DNA from: a virus
Lineage: Duplodnaviria; Caudoviricetes
Reading direction: 5' to 3' (one strand)
Length of the DNA stretch: 64,000 nt
Virus record (IMG/VR): IMGVR_UViG_3300043120_000090
Coordinates: 1 to 64,000 of that record
Part shown: positions 35,299-45,900 of the stretch, in pieces
How the letters are laid out: the number at the start of each line of letters is the position of its first letter
How positions within the stretch are numbered: the first letter of the stretch is position 1
Notes under the pieces: generated by a model
The model's input: the letters and a program-made list of their open reading frames with translations, nothing else
Told to the model about the DNA's origin: nothing
Database searches by the model: none
Made by a program: the position numbers and the translations under genes

Positions 35299-36755
35299 TG
35301 AATGTAGAAGCAGTAGTAATATATCTACTGCTAAAATCTAAGTCAAGAGAAGAAGCTCTAACTAGATATTCTGATTTGCGTGCAGAATTTTTCTCTACTA
35401 CGTATATACCATTAATACGAGCTATAGAAAGATTTTATCAAACAAAAGGTATAATTCCTACCATAGACCTATTAGAGTTAGACTGTTCTAGAAATATTAG
35501 ACTTTCTACTGCTTTAGCTGCACTAAAAAGTTTAGAGATCTCAGAAGACGAAAATGACTATGATTTAGCGGTAGAAATCTTAAAAGATCAGTTTACTCAA
35601 AAGAAATATTTAGAATTATTAAATGATAGTCTTAATGATATATCTATAAAAACTTCTACTGAAATAGTAGATTTAGCAAGTACAATATCTTTAAAATTAG
35701 AAGAAGTAATTAAACCTAGTAGTTATATGCGTAAATCTAGTGAGATAATGTTATTTAAATCTAAAGAGGAGATAGCGGAAGATACTATGTTTTTAGGTAT
35801 AAGTAATAAATTTGACTCTGAATATGGTGCGGCTAGGAGAGGAGAAGTATTACTTATAGGTGGTAGAAGAGGGGCTGGTAAGTCTGTTATATGTACTAAT
35901 ATTACTCAAGAAGCTGTATTAAATGGTTTTATAGTTCCATACTTTGCCTTAGAAATGACAGGGGAAGAAACTAAGCAAAGACATATGGCTATAGCTAGTG
36001 GTGTGAAAGCATTAAAAATACGTAATCAAAGTTATAATATAGAAGATTTAGATAATTTAGTTTTAACATTATGTAAAAACTATATAAATGGTAAAGAATT
36101 ATATAATAGAGAGCAAAGTAAATTAATAGATTTTAATGCATATATAGAATTTGAAAAATTACTATATGCTGAAGGTATTCCTGATGATTCAAAAGGAGAC
36201 TTAATAGTAATAGATGATACTGCTTTAAAATTATCCTCTATAGATAACTACTTAACTAGACTTAAATCTAGATATGGAAAAAGGGTAGGGCCAGTTATAA
36301 TTGACTATGTTAATCAAATAGTAATGGATGGTACAAAAGACATAGATATGTATAATTGGACAGTACAGATATTAATCGCTAAAAAACTAAAAGAATTAGC
36401 TAAAAAACACAATATAACTATATTTGCACCTTATCAAATAGATGAATCTGGAGAAGCTAGGATGGCTAAAGGTATTTTGGATTCTTGCGATTTTGCATAT
36501 ACCGTAAAACCTATTCATGTAGAAGGAAAAGATATAGGGCTATTAGAGTGGACAGGTACCAAAGCTAGAGGTTTACCTACTTTTAATTTTAAAGTTAAAA
36601 TTGATTGGTCTACATTAAAAATTTATCCTAATGAATTATCTCCTATAGAGATATTAGAAATTATAGGTGAAGAAGCTAATGAAGAAAAACCAAAGAAAAA
36701 TAATAAAAAGAAAAGTCAGAATGAGATAGAAGATTCTATGGAGTTAAAATTATAA
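35298..36755 (+). CDS. D6: DnaB-like replicative helicase (T5 D6)
   Basis: GGRRGAGKS Walker A, FALEM, IIDYVNQ and APYQ motifs. Confidence 0.9.
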   Translation: MNVEAVVIYLLLKSKSREEALTRYSDLRAEFFSTTYIPLIRAIERFYQTKGIIPTIDLLELDCSRNIRLSTALAALKSLEISEDENDYDLAVEILKDQFTQKKYLELLNDSLNDISIKTSTEIVDLASTISLKLEEVIKPSSYMRKSSEIMLFKSKEEIAEDTMFLGISNKFDSEYGAARRGEVLLIGGRRGAGKSVICTNITQEAVLNGFIVPYFALEMTGEETKQRHMAIASGVKALKIRNQSYNIEDLDNLVLTLCKNYINGKELYNREQSKLIDFNAYIEFEKLLYAEGIPDDSKGDLIVIDDTALKLSSIDNYLTRLKSRYGKRVGPVIIDYVNQIVMDGTKDIDMYNWTVQILIAKKLKELAKKHNITIFAPYQIDESGEARMAKGILDSCDFAYTVKPIHVEGKDIGLLEWTGTKARGLPTFNFKVKIDWSTLKIYPNELSPIEILEIIGEEANEEKPKKNNKKKSQNEIEDSMELKL

Positions 36756-37618
36756 TGAATAATGATGTATTAGATCTTTTAAATAAGAAAAATATTCAAT
36801 ATACTTTAAAAGGTAAAGATGCTTTAATATTTTGCCTTAATCCAGATCATGATGATTCACATCCCTCCTGTAGAGTAGATATTTATACGGGCAAATATAA
36901 TTGTTTTGCCTGTGGCTTTGGTGGCAAAAATATATTTGAATATTTTAATGAGTATTATAATCCAATAAATATAAAAGTAAATGCTCTTAAAGATAAAATA
37001 TCTAATTTAATATTAGATATAAATGGTATAGAATTACCAGAAGGTATTGAATACTATTTAGGAAGTCATAGAGATATACCTCCTAATTTATATAAAAAAT
37101 ATAATGTATTTATGCATCCTAAATATGGTGATGATAGATTATGTTTTCCTATTACAGATATTACTGGTAAGATAACTAATATATTAGCTAGAAAATTATA
37201 TGATAAAATACCTCCAAAATATATAGTATATCCAGAAAATAGACCTATACCAGTATTTCCAGTAAGAAAGAATAATTATACTATATTAGTTGAAGGTATA
37301 TATGATGTACTAAATTTAGAAGCTAAAGGACTAGATACAGCCACAGCCTGTTTTGGAACTAAAAGTATAACAGATAAGAATGTTTTAGATAAATTATCTC
37401 CTATAATATATAGTGGAACTAATACATTATTTATCTTATTGGATAATGATAAGGCTGGTAATATTTCAGCAGAATATCTTAAAAAATGTATAGAAAATAA
37501 GATAGATATAAGAGTAATAATATTAAATACATATATACCTGTAGGTAAAGACCCTGGCGATCTCACTAAAGAAGAAGTGGATTCATTAAAAGAAATTATT
37601 GAAAATTTTATTTACTAG
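36755..37618 (+). CDS. DNA primase
   Basis: CLNPDHDDSHPS...C..C zinc finger; TOPRIM motifs VEGIYD and DNDKAG. Confidence 0.93.
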   Translation: MNNDVLDLLNKKNIQYTLKGKDALIFCLNPDHDDSHPSCRVDIYTGKYNCFACGFGGKNIFEYFNEYYNPINIKVNALKDKISNLILDINGIELPEGIEYYLGSHRDIPPNLYKKYNVFMHPKYGDDRLCFPITDITGKITNILARKLYDKIPPKYIVYPENRPIPVFPVRKNNYTILVEGIYDVLNLEAKGLDTATACFGTKSITDKNVLDKLSPIIYSGTNTLFILLDNDKAGNISAEYLKKCIENKIDIRVIILNTYIPVGKDPGDLTKEEVDSLKEIIENFIY

Positions 37619-37639
37619 TTGGTATATTAATAATATAAT
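37611..37639 (+). promoter_or_regulatory. pol promoter
   Basis: TTTACT-N17-TATAAT overlapping the primase stop. Confidence 0.75.
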
Positions 37640-37658
37640 ATATTAATTAGGAGGACGA

Positions 37659-40600
37659 ATGACACAAAAAATATTAGTAATTGATAAAAACCCTAATAAA
37701 ACCGACTATTCAAAAGTATTCGGTTTTGAGGTAGAAACTAAGTACTTATGTAATGAGAAAGTAGCTAGAGTATTAAAGTCTAATCTAACATTAGATTTAG
37801 ATATTATATTTGATTATGATTTTGTTATATTAATAGGTGCAGATGCATTAAAAATATTTTCTAATTCTACATCCATAACTGAAGCTACAGGAAGACGAGT
37901 GGGATTAAAAAAATCTAAATATTTTGAAAATAAAGAACATGATGGTTTAATAGCTTGTGTAAATCCTATGATGACACACTTTAAACCAGAGATGAAACCT
38001 ATAACAGAGCAGTCTATAGAAAGTATTCAAAATATTATTAAAGGATTAGTAACTGAGAAAATACCAACTAATTATAAATTAATTGATACAGAAGAAAAAG
38101 CTAAAGAATATCTTAATTTTCTAATAGAAATGCCACCTAAGTTATTAGCACTTGACTCTGAAACCAGTGCTCTTTATCCTAGAGATGGATATGTATTGGG
38201 TATATCCATTACACATGAAATGGCCCAAGGTGTATATATACTATCAGATTGTCTTACAGAAAATATACTTAAAGATTTCCAAGAATTAATTATAAATAAT
38301 AGTTCCATACATTTAGTATTGCATAATGCTAAATTTGATTTAAAGTTCTTTAAGTTTCATTTTGGTTGGGATTTTAATAAAGCTTTTATTGAAAATAGAC
38401 TACATGATACTATGCTTGAGCATTATATCCTAGATGAAAGAGCTGGTACTCATGGACTAAAGTCATTAGCTATCAAATATACAGATCTAGGGGATTATGA
38501 ACTTCCTTTAGAAGAGTTTAAAAAAGAATATTGTAAGATTAATAAAATAAAATTAGAAGATTTTACTTATGACTTGATACCTATAGATATTATATGGAAA
38601 TATGCTGCATGTGATACTGATGTTTGTTATAGATTACATAATTATTTCTACCCATTAATTGAATCTAATGCTAAACTAAAAAGTTTATATTATGATGTTA
38701 TGTTACCTTCTCTAGAGTTTCTTACTAGAATGGAAGATAGAGGTGTTCCAGTAGCTATAAGTAGACTTCAATCAGCTAAAAGCTTCCTATATAAGAAATT
38801 AGAACGTTTAAATACAGAACTTAGAAGTAGACAAGAAATTAAAGTATTTGAAGATAAAATGGGGAAAGAATTTAATCCTAATTCACCTATTCAATTAAGA
38901 ACTCTTCTATTTGATATTGCTGGTATAACCCCTTTAGATGTATTTACTAGCACAGGTCAATTATCTACTGATGCAGATGTTTTAGAAAAATTAAGTGAAA
39001 AACATCCACTACCAAAATTATTATTAGAAATAAGAAAAACTCTAAAAATATTAAATACTTATATTATTAAAATGATAGATAATATAGATAAAGATGGTAG
39101 GTTAAGAACTGGGTTTAATCAACATACTACTACTTCAGGTAGACTTAGTTCTAGTGGTAAACTTAATTTACAGCAATTACCTCGCGATGATGCAATGGTT
39201 AAAGGATGTATTGTAGCACCTAAAGGATATAGAGTAGTAGCATGTGATTTAACAACTGCTGAAATGTGGGTAGCAGCATCTTTATCTGGCGATAAAGCTT
39301 TACAGGAAGTTTTTATCAATATGGCCAAAGATGGTAAAAATGCTGTAGACTTCCATAGCTCTATTGCACATCTGGTATTCCAGCCAGATTGTCTTGCTAC
39401 TGAGGTTAAAAAACTTTATCCGGCGCTCAGGCAAGCAAGTAAGGCGATTAACAAGTAATTTCCGAGATTATGAAGTTGCCTTTAAACCTCTCTAATTGCT
39501 AGAAACCCCTTAAGACTAATAAACTACAACGTAATTAGAAATAATAAGCGTGAATGTTTAAAAATTATTGGTATTGGGCAACCAGCAGCTAAGACTCTAA
39601 GTATTAAAAAATTGCTTTACAAGCATGTCGTAAATTTATATAATATAAGAGTAAAGTTCAACGACTATCGAAACCACATTTAAGTATGGAAGGGAGTAGA
39701 GTAGGACGCAAGTGCGGTGGTATTTTCGGATACCTTTACCGAAACGGGAGGGTGTTAAGATAAATACTAAAAAGACAATTACCACACTAGAAGATGCCGT
39801 AGATATCGCTTTGCAGTTTTTCGGTGATAATATACCAACAACTGTTAAAGAATACGAAAGCAACTTTCCAAAAGGTATGGGTAGAACTGCTATTAAAAGT
39901 AACTTAGATATAACTATAAGTCAGTTTTTAAAACTACTAAACCCAAAATACGTTAAAACTAACGAAAGAATTAATTTTAATGTATTACTAGGTTTAGCAA
40001 ATAAACTAGATTTTAATTTAGTAGATTATACTTTGGATAACTCTATTAATACTACAGTTACCTTGGAATGTAAACATTGTGGTAAAATACAAAGAAAATC
40101 ATATAAAAGCCTAGCTAACTGCGTAAAGGGATGCGTATACTGTAAGGCTAAAAATGTACAGTTAAAGTTTAATAAAGATAGAATAAATAGTTCATTAGAG
40201 CGAGTAGGTGCTAGCTTAGTTAGTGATATACCAGACTCACAAACTGGAATAATTACTTTAAAATGCAATAAGTGCTTAACAGAATACAGTACACAATTAG
40301 TAGGCTTAGTGTCGCCCAATTCTTTAAAAAGAGGAACATGCCCTAATTGTAGAAATTCTGACTATAGAGTTGTATACAATAATATAACTTTTGGTTCTAA
40401 TTTTGAACTAGAATGCTATAAGCTTATATGTAAGTATAATATTGCCCATTTAGAGCTGCAAGTTCCTTACAAAGAATTTGGTAATACTGATAGAAGGTGG
40501 GTATGTGACTTCCTATTAGACAGTACTATTATAGAAGTATCTACTTTTAAATCTGATTATAAGGGTTATAAAACAAATCTATCTGAAAAACGACAATTCA

Positions 40601-41349
40601 TAGAACATAGTACAACATATGATTTTGAGTTTTTTGATTCATTAAAAGAATTAGAAAGCTATCTTAATGCAAGATATAGTCTCAACGTCTATTGAAAAAT
40701 AGAGATGAGTTTAACGAACTCAGTAAGAAAATGTTCATTCGGAATACTATTCGGTTCAGGCCCAGATAAAGTAGCTGCTACTATTAACGAAGCCCTATTC
40801 GAGCAACATATAGAGCAAGGTACTCCTTATAATCCTATTGATAGAGATAAAGCTGAAGAATATATTGAAATCTATTTCAATAAATTCCCTCAACTTAAAA
40901 AATGGATTAAAGAATCTCATAATACAATTTTATCTAATGGATTTATCTACAGTCATTTTGGCAGAAAACGTAGACTACGTAATATTAGATCTACTGATAG
41001 AGGTATTGTAGGTGAAGAATTAAGAAGTGGATTTAATGCTATTATTCAAGGAGCCTCTTCTGATGTATTAATGTTAGGTGCTATAGACGCAGATAAAGAA
41101 ATTCAAGAAAAGAATTTAGATGCCGAAATAGTTATGTTAGTACATGACTCTGTAGTAGCTATAGTTAGGGAAGATTTAGTGGAAGAATATTCTGAATTAA
41201 TAGTAAGAAATATTCAAAAAGATAGAGGATTAAATTTTGGTGGATTTGGTGTTGGAGTTACATTTGATTCGGAAGAAGGTGGTTCTCTTGACTACTCATG
41301 TGGTAAGATGGATAAACAATATCCAGAATTAGTGAGGATGGTTGCCTAA
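37659..41349 (+). CDS. family A DNA polymerase; join(37659-39448, 40734-41349), ~801 aa
   Basis: 3'-5' exonuclease LDSETS/HNAKFD/YAACD, TTSGRLSS, DLTTAE, RQASKAI|SFGILFG and LVHDS motifs. Confidence 0.95.
39449..40733 (+). mobile_element. group I intron in DNA polymerase motif B (1285 nt) with internal ORF
   Basis: GCGAT|taacaag...gaaaatG|T TCA TTC; core elements CTAATTGCTAG, CAACCAGCAGC, GACTA and AAGATATAGTC. Confidence 0.92.
39712..40695 (+). CDS. intron-encoded putative homing endonuclease (CxxC repeats + PD-(D/E)xK-like domain); start uncertain
   Basis: CKHC, CVYC, CNKC, CPNC, then SNFE...QV.Y...RRWVCDFLL...IIEV. Confidence 0.72.
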   Translation: MRWYFRIPLPKREGVKINTKKTITTLEDAVDIALQFFGDNIPTTVKEYESNFPKGMGRTAIKSNLDITISQFLKLLNPKYVKTNERINFNVLLGLANKLDFNLVDYTLDNSINTTVTLECKHCGKIQRKSYKSLANCVKGCVYCKAKNVQLKFNKDRINSSLERVGASLVSDIPDSQTGIITLKCNKCLTEYSTQLVGLVSPNSLKRGTCPNCRNSDYRVVYNNITFGSNFELECYKLICKYNIAHLELQVPYKEFGNTDRRWVCDFLLDSTIIEVSTFKSDYKGYKTNLSEKRQFIEHSTTYDFEFFDSLKELESYLNARYSLNVY

Positions 41350-41367
41350 TAAGCAACCATTTTTTAT

Positions 41368-41880
41368 ATGGAATATCCAGTTTATTCTTTAAGAAGTTTC
41401 ACTGATAAGTATATAGAAGATAATAAAATTATAATAGAGACATATTATAATACTTATATATTGGATGACCTAAACTTAGTATCTAAAATCCCTGATTATG
41501 TTAAAAGACGTTTATATATAGAAGAAAATAAAGAACTATATAATTATAAACTATATCCTCTATCTAATAAGTTTACTAATTTAGTTCAAATTAATAGGTT
41601 TTATAGAGAGACTAAAAATAAACATTATATAGATATAAATGGTAGTATATTTGTATACAAGCCTACTAAAAGAGTGCAAGTAGTATGGAAGAGGCCAAAA
41701 TATATTGCAGGTAGGTATCCAGATACTTATTTAGCTATAGTTAGAGATATGCCATACCCATTCTTAGTAAATAAAGTTTATAAATATATAGCAATAACTA
41801 CTATTTATAATTCTGCTTTTATATATGATGTATCTGATGAGCAGCAAAAATTGAATGAATATTTTTGGAGGAAAATTTGA
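41368..41880 (+). CDS. hypothetical protein (T5-conserved position after pol)
   Basis: 170-aa ORF; synteny. Confidence 0.75.
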   Translation: MEYPVYSLRSFTDKYIEDNKIIIETYYNTYILDDLNLVSKIPDYVKRRLYIEENKELYNYKLYPLSNKFTNLVQINRFYRETKNKHYIDINGSIFVYKPTKRVQVVWKRPKYIAGRYPDTYLAIVRDMPYPFLVNKVYKYIAITTIYNSAFIYDVSDEQQKLNEYFWRKI

Positions 41881-43695
41881 AATTAATAGTATCTAACAAA
41901 ATATACTTTAAACATAATAATTATGATCTATTATCAAAAATCGAAAAGTCTTTAACGTATTTAGTAGATAATGGTGCACCTGGTAAAAGAGGAATGCCTA
42001 GCAGACCTAAATACTTAATAAGATTTGGTAAAATAAGAGATGTTTATTGGGTACCAACAGGTAAACTTGATTACTTAAAAGAAGTATTTAGTAATGAAAA
42101 GCTAGAGATAATTGATAAAAGGGTTTTAGTACCTGCCAAGATACCTAAACCTTCTTTTACTTTAAGAAAAGATCAACAACAAATATACAATGAGTGTAAT
42201 GATTCTTGTATTATTAACGGTAAACCGGGTTTGATAAACTGAGGCTCGGTATAAACTCCTCTAATTGCTGGAATAGCCTTAGAGATAGTTAAACTACAAC
42301 GTAAATAGAAATATTAAGCGTGAAAGTATAAAAATTAACTATATTGGCCAATCAGCAGCTAAGATCCTTCAAAATTATATTTGATAATCCTTGGATTTTA
42401 AATTATAATTTTATGGATAAAGTTCAGAGACTATCGAAACCACATATAATAATGGAAGGGAGTAGAGTAGAGCCAAGTGGTCTAGGTGTAGAGTAATAAT
42501 CTAATAAATCCTAGTTAAATCGAAATGGGGAGCAATATTGTGAAAGAAATATCAACGACTAAAGTAGCTTTAGATAGAGCTATAGCAATGAAAGTTACTA
42601 TAGTAAAATCTATAAGATATAATAATTATAAATAATATTGAAGATATAGTCCAATCTTTAGGGAAACTTAAAGAGAATGAGTAACGATCATTCGTAACAC
42701 AAATGTTTGGTAAAACAATAGAAGCTTTAGCGATAGCTCATAAACTACAACAAAAAACATTAGTAATATGTACTAATGTTTTTCTGAGAGAGCAATGGGA
42801 AAAAGAAATTGAAAAACATTTTGGATTTACTCCTGGTATTATAGGTTCAGGGCATTATAACACTAAACCTCCTATAGTAGTAAGTAATATTCAAACAGTT
42901 GCTAAGTATGGATTAGAACTAAATTCCACTTTTGGATTAGTTATAGTAGACGAAGCGCATCATTGTCCTGCTTCTACATTTTCGAAGATATTAGACGAGA
43001 GTAGGGCTAGATATAAAATAGGGTTAACAGGTACTCTAAAAAGAAAAGATGGATTACATTGTACTTTTTCAGGTTACTTTTCAGATAAAGTATTCCAACC
43101 ACCAGTAAATAATACTATTAATCCTGTAGTGCATAGTTATAGCACTGATATTCAAATACCTGGTAATATAAGTGTTCCTTGGGCTTTAAGGATTAATGAA
43201 TTATATGAAAACCCTGCATATAGGACTTTAATAGTTAACTTAATAAAAGTATATGAAAGTTTAGGGCATAAAATCCTAGTATTAGTAGATAGGGTAGAGT
43301 TTGCTAATTTTTTACATGAACAAATAACTAATAGTTATATAATATTAGGGGAAACTTCAGGCATAGATAGAGAAAGAGTATTAAAAGCGGTTAGTGATAG
43401 CAAACAATCTACCATAATAGCTAGTGTATCTATATTTAAAGAAGGTATTTCTCAGAATGATTTATCATGCCTAATTAATGCTACATCTACTAATAATGAA
43501 GCTTTAGTAGAACAAACTGCTGGTAGGGTTATGCGAAAAGCTGATGGTAAATTAGATCCTGTTATAGTTGATATAGGGTTAGACGGTATTACAGGTACTA
43601 GACATAGATCTGATAGATTTAATTTTTATTATAGTTTGGGCTGGGAAGTAAAGCCTATTAATATAAATAATATTTATGAAACATTAACTAATTAA
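41865..43695 (+). CDS. D10: SF2 DEAH helicase (T5 D10-like); join(41865-42230, 42706-43695), ~451 aa
   Basis: Splicing restores Walker A GKPG|FGKT; DEAHH, GLTGT, EGIS and QTAGRVMR motifs. Confidence 0.93.
42231..42705 (+). mobile_element. group I intron in D10 Walker A (475 nt, no intact ORF)
   Basis: GGT|ttgata...caaatG|TTT; core elements CTAATTGCTGG, CAATCAGCAGC, GACTA and AAGATATAGTC. Confidence 0.92.
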
Positions 43696-43735
43696 TGAAT
43701 TTACCGAAACATTTTTAAAAACTTTAAAAAATTTA

Positions 43736-43764
43736 TTTACTATATTATAAATTTTTTATATAAT
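43736..43764 (+). promoter_or_regulatory. sigma70-type promoter
   Basis: TTTACT-N17-TATAAT. Confidence 0.8.
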
Positions 43765-43789
43765 ATTTATATTGAGTTAAGGGAAATAA

Positions 43790-44140
43790 ATGCTTTTCTT
43801 TAATTACACAAATATCTATCTACTAGCAAGGGGTGATAGCTATTTAATAGTACGTTATCTGCAAGAAATAAGTAAAGGACGATATAAAGACTTAATTGGG
43901 TATAATTTTATAGTTAACCCTAAAATACTATTTAATAGTAAATATAGTTATAGAGTTCTAGCAGAATATGTAGGCCTATGCAGTCTGAGAAATTATTCCG
44001 ACTTTAAACTAACTAAACAAACAAATTTGCATATATCAAGATTACCAATATGGGTACCAGATATAGCAGTCAAAGAAAATCCGTTAATAGAAATAAATAA
44101 TTCATTTTTAGAATTTAAATCAGAAAAGGAAAATATATGA
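43790..44140 (+). CDS. hypothetical protein (T5-conserved position before D11)
   Basis: 116 aa; YVGLCSLRNY motif; synteny. Confidence 0.75.
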   Translation: MLFFNYTNIYLLARGDSYLIVRYLQEISKGRYKDLIGYNFIVNPKILFNSKYSYRVLAEYVGLCSLRNYSDFKLTKQTNLHISRLPIWVPDIAVKENPLIEINNSFLEFKSEKENI

Positions 44141-44856
44141 CACAAAATACATCACTAGGTTGGGATTCAGCTAAAGGCGAAGCAGAACGTAATGAAATTA
44201 AATGGATGAAAATGGCTGGGGGAGAAAACCAATTTCGTATCATAAGTGGGATTATTCCACGTTATGTTTACTGGCTAAAAAATCTAGAAAATAAACCTCG
44301 TTCTTTTGAATGCTTACAATTTGATCGTACTCGTGAAAAGTTTGTAAACTCTCGTAAAGACCCTATCCGTGAGTTAGGATTTACTCAACTAGGTGCTCCA
44401 GGTACTAAAGATGAAGGTAAAGAAATACCTTTGAAAAGTAAAAGAGCTTATGTTTGCCAAGTAATTAATCGTGCTACAGGAGAAATTGAATACTTAGACC
44501 TTAAAAAATCCATCTTTGATGGTATTAAAAGTGTTAGTGCTCAATTAGGTAAATCTCCATATGATTTCGATATTTTTGTTAAGAAAACAGGTAGTACTTG
44601 GAATAATACTGAATATGCTGTAATGGAAATTAAGTGTATGAAAGATGCTGAAAGTCCAAATGCAGATAGAGATGCTAAGGATGAAGCACTTAAAGCGCAA
44701 GCCAAAGATATTAATGAAGTTTTCCCAGTACCTTCATATGAGGAATTACTAGAAGATGTTCGTAATTGGGTATCTAGTTCTTCTAATAAGGATGAAGAAG
44801 AAAAAACAAATTCAACTGCTGCTAATGAAGCAATTGATGAACTAGAATTAGAATAA
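44137..44856 (+). CDS. D11: T5 D11-like ssDNA-binding protein
   Basis: R.ISGIIPRYVYW motif, acidic C-tail; synteny. Confidence 0.82.
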   Translation: MTQNTSLGWDSAKGEAERNEIKWMKMAGGENQFRIISGIIPRYVYWLKNLENKPRSFECLQFDRTREKFVNSRKDPIRELGFTQLGAPGTKDEGKEIPLKSKRAYVCQVINRATGEIEYLDLKKSIFDGIKSVSAQLGKSPYDFDIFVKKTGSTWNNTEYAVMEIKCMKDAESPNADRDAKDEALKAQAKDINEVFPVPSYEELLEDVRNWVSSSSNKDEEEKTNSTAANEAIDELELE

Positions 44857-44873
44857 TAGTTATTAATTGATTT

Positions 44874-44897
44874 AAGGGAGCATTTAGCTCCCTTTTT
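44874..44897 (+). terminator. intrinsic terminator
   Basis: aagggagc/gctccctt hairpin + T-run. Confidence 0.75.
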
Positions 44898-44910
44898 ATT
44901 TGGGGGATTA

Positions 44911-45900
44911 ATGAAGATTTTATTTACAGCAGATTGGCATATAAAAATATCAAAGGATATTCCAGAATACTGGGAAAGGCAAAGACTTAGACTTTTAATA
45001 CAAGAAATAAATAATATATATAGAGAACATTGTTGTAATTTAGTAGTAATAGGTGGAGATATCTTAGATATAGCTAAACCTAGTACAGAAGAACTGGATT
45101 TATATTTTGAAGCTATGGCTTCATTAAATGTTGATAAATGTATTATATATACGGGTAATCATGAAGTTATAAATTTTAAAAGCTGCCTTATAGGATTAAA
45201 AGAAGAAACAACTCGATGTAATCCTAAAGTAGAAATTATTACAGAACCTTATAGAAGTGAAGATTTTGATATTATTGATTTTGTTGAGCTTCATAAAAAA
45301 GAGTGGATTCCCTCTAAATCTAAAATATGTTTTACACATGTACGAGGAAGCATCCCACCACATGTTAAGCCAGAGATAGATTTAGAAAAATTTAATAAAC
45401 ATGGATATAGTTTAGTAATAGCAGGAGATTTACATTCAGTTACTAATTCTCAATTTGTCAATAAAACTCCTTTATTATATCCAGGCTCTCCATTTTCTAC
45501 AACTTTTATTCGTACTAAACCCAATAATAATTATGGAGTGTATATAGTAGATACAGATACTTTATCTTATGATTGGATTTCTTTAGATCATTTACCGCAA
45601 CTTATTTTACAATCTATTAGTTCAGAAGAAGAAATAAAAGAAGATTCATATAATAGAGTAATGTACGAGTTAGTAGGTAATGTAGTAGAATTAGGTAAAG
45701 TATCGAATAATTCTTTGATAAAGAAAAAAGTTAATACTGGTATTACTAAAAATCCTAAACTAGATCTTAGAAAAGCTAGTAAGTTAGAAGATGAATTTTT
45801 ACTATATTGTAGGAATATATTAAAAATAAATGAAAAACAGATTGAAGACCTTCTTACCGAGCTACATAATAGTGTAGATATAAGTAAATATAATGATTAA
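44911..45900 (+). CDS. D12: SbcD/Mre11-like recombination nuclease (T5 D12)
   Basis: TADWHI, GGD, GNHE, THVRG and AGDLH motifs. Confidence 0.9.
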   Translation: MKILFTADWHIKISKDIPEYWERQRLRLLIQEINNIYREHCCNLVVIGGDILDIAKPSTEELDLYFEAMASLNVDKCIIYTGNHEVINFKSCLIGLKEETTRCNPKVEIITEPYRSEDFDIIDFVELHKKEWIPSKSKICFTHVRGSIPPHVKPEIDLEKFNKHGYSLVIAGDLHSVTNSQFVNKTPLLYPGSPFSTTFIRTKPNNNYGVYIVDTDTLSYDWISLDHLPQLILQSISSEEEIKEDSYNRVMYELVGNVVELGKVSNNSLIKKKVNTGITKNPKLDLRKASKLEDEFLLYCRNILKINEKQIEDLLTELHNSVDISKYND

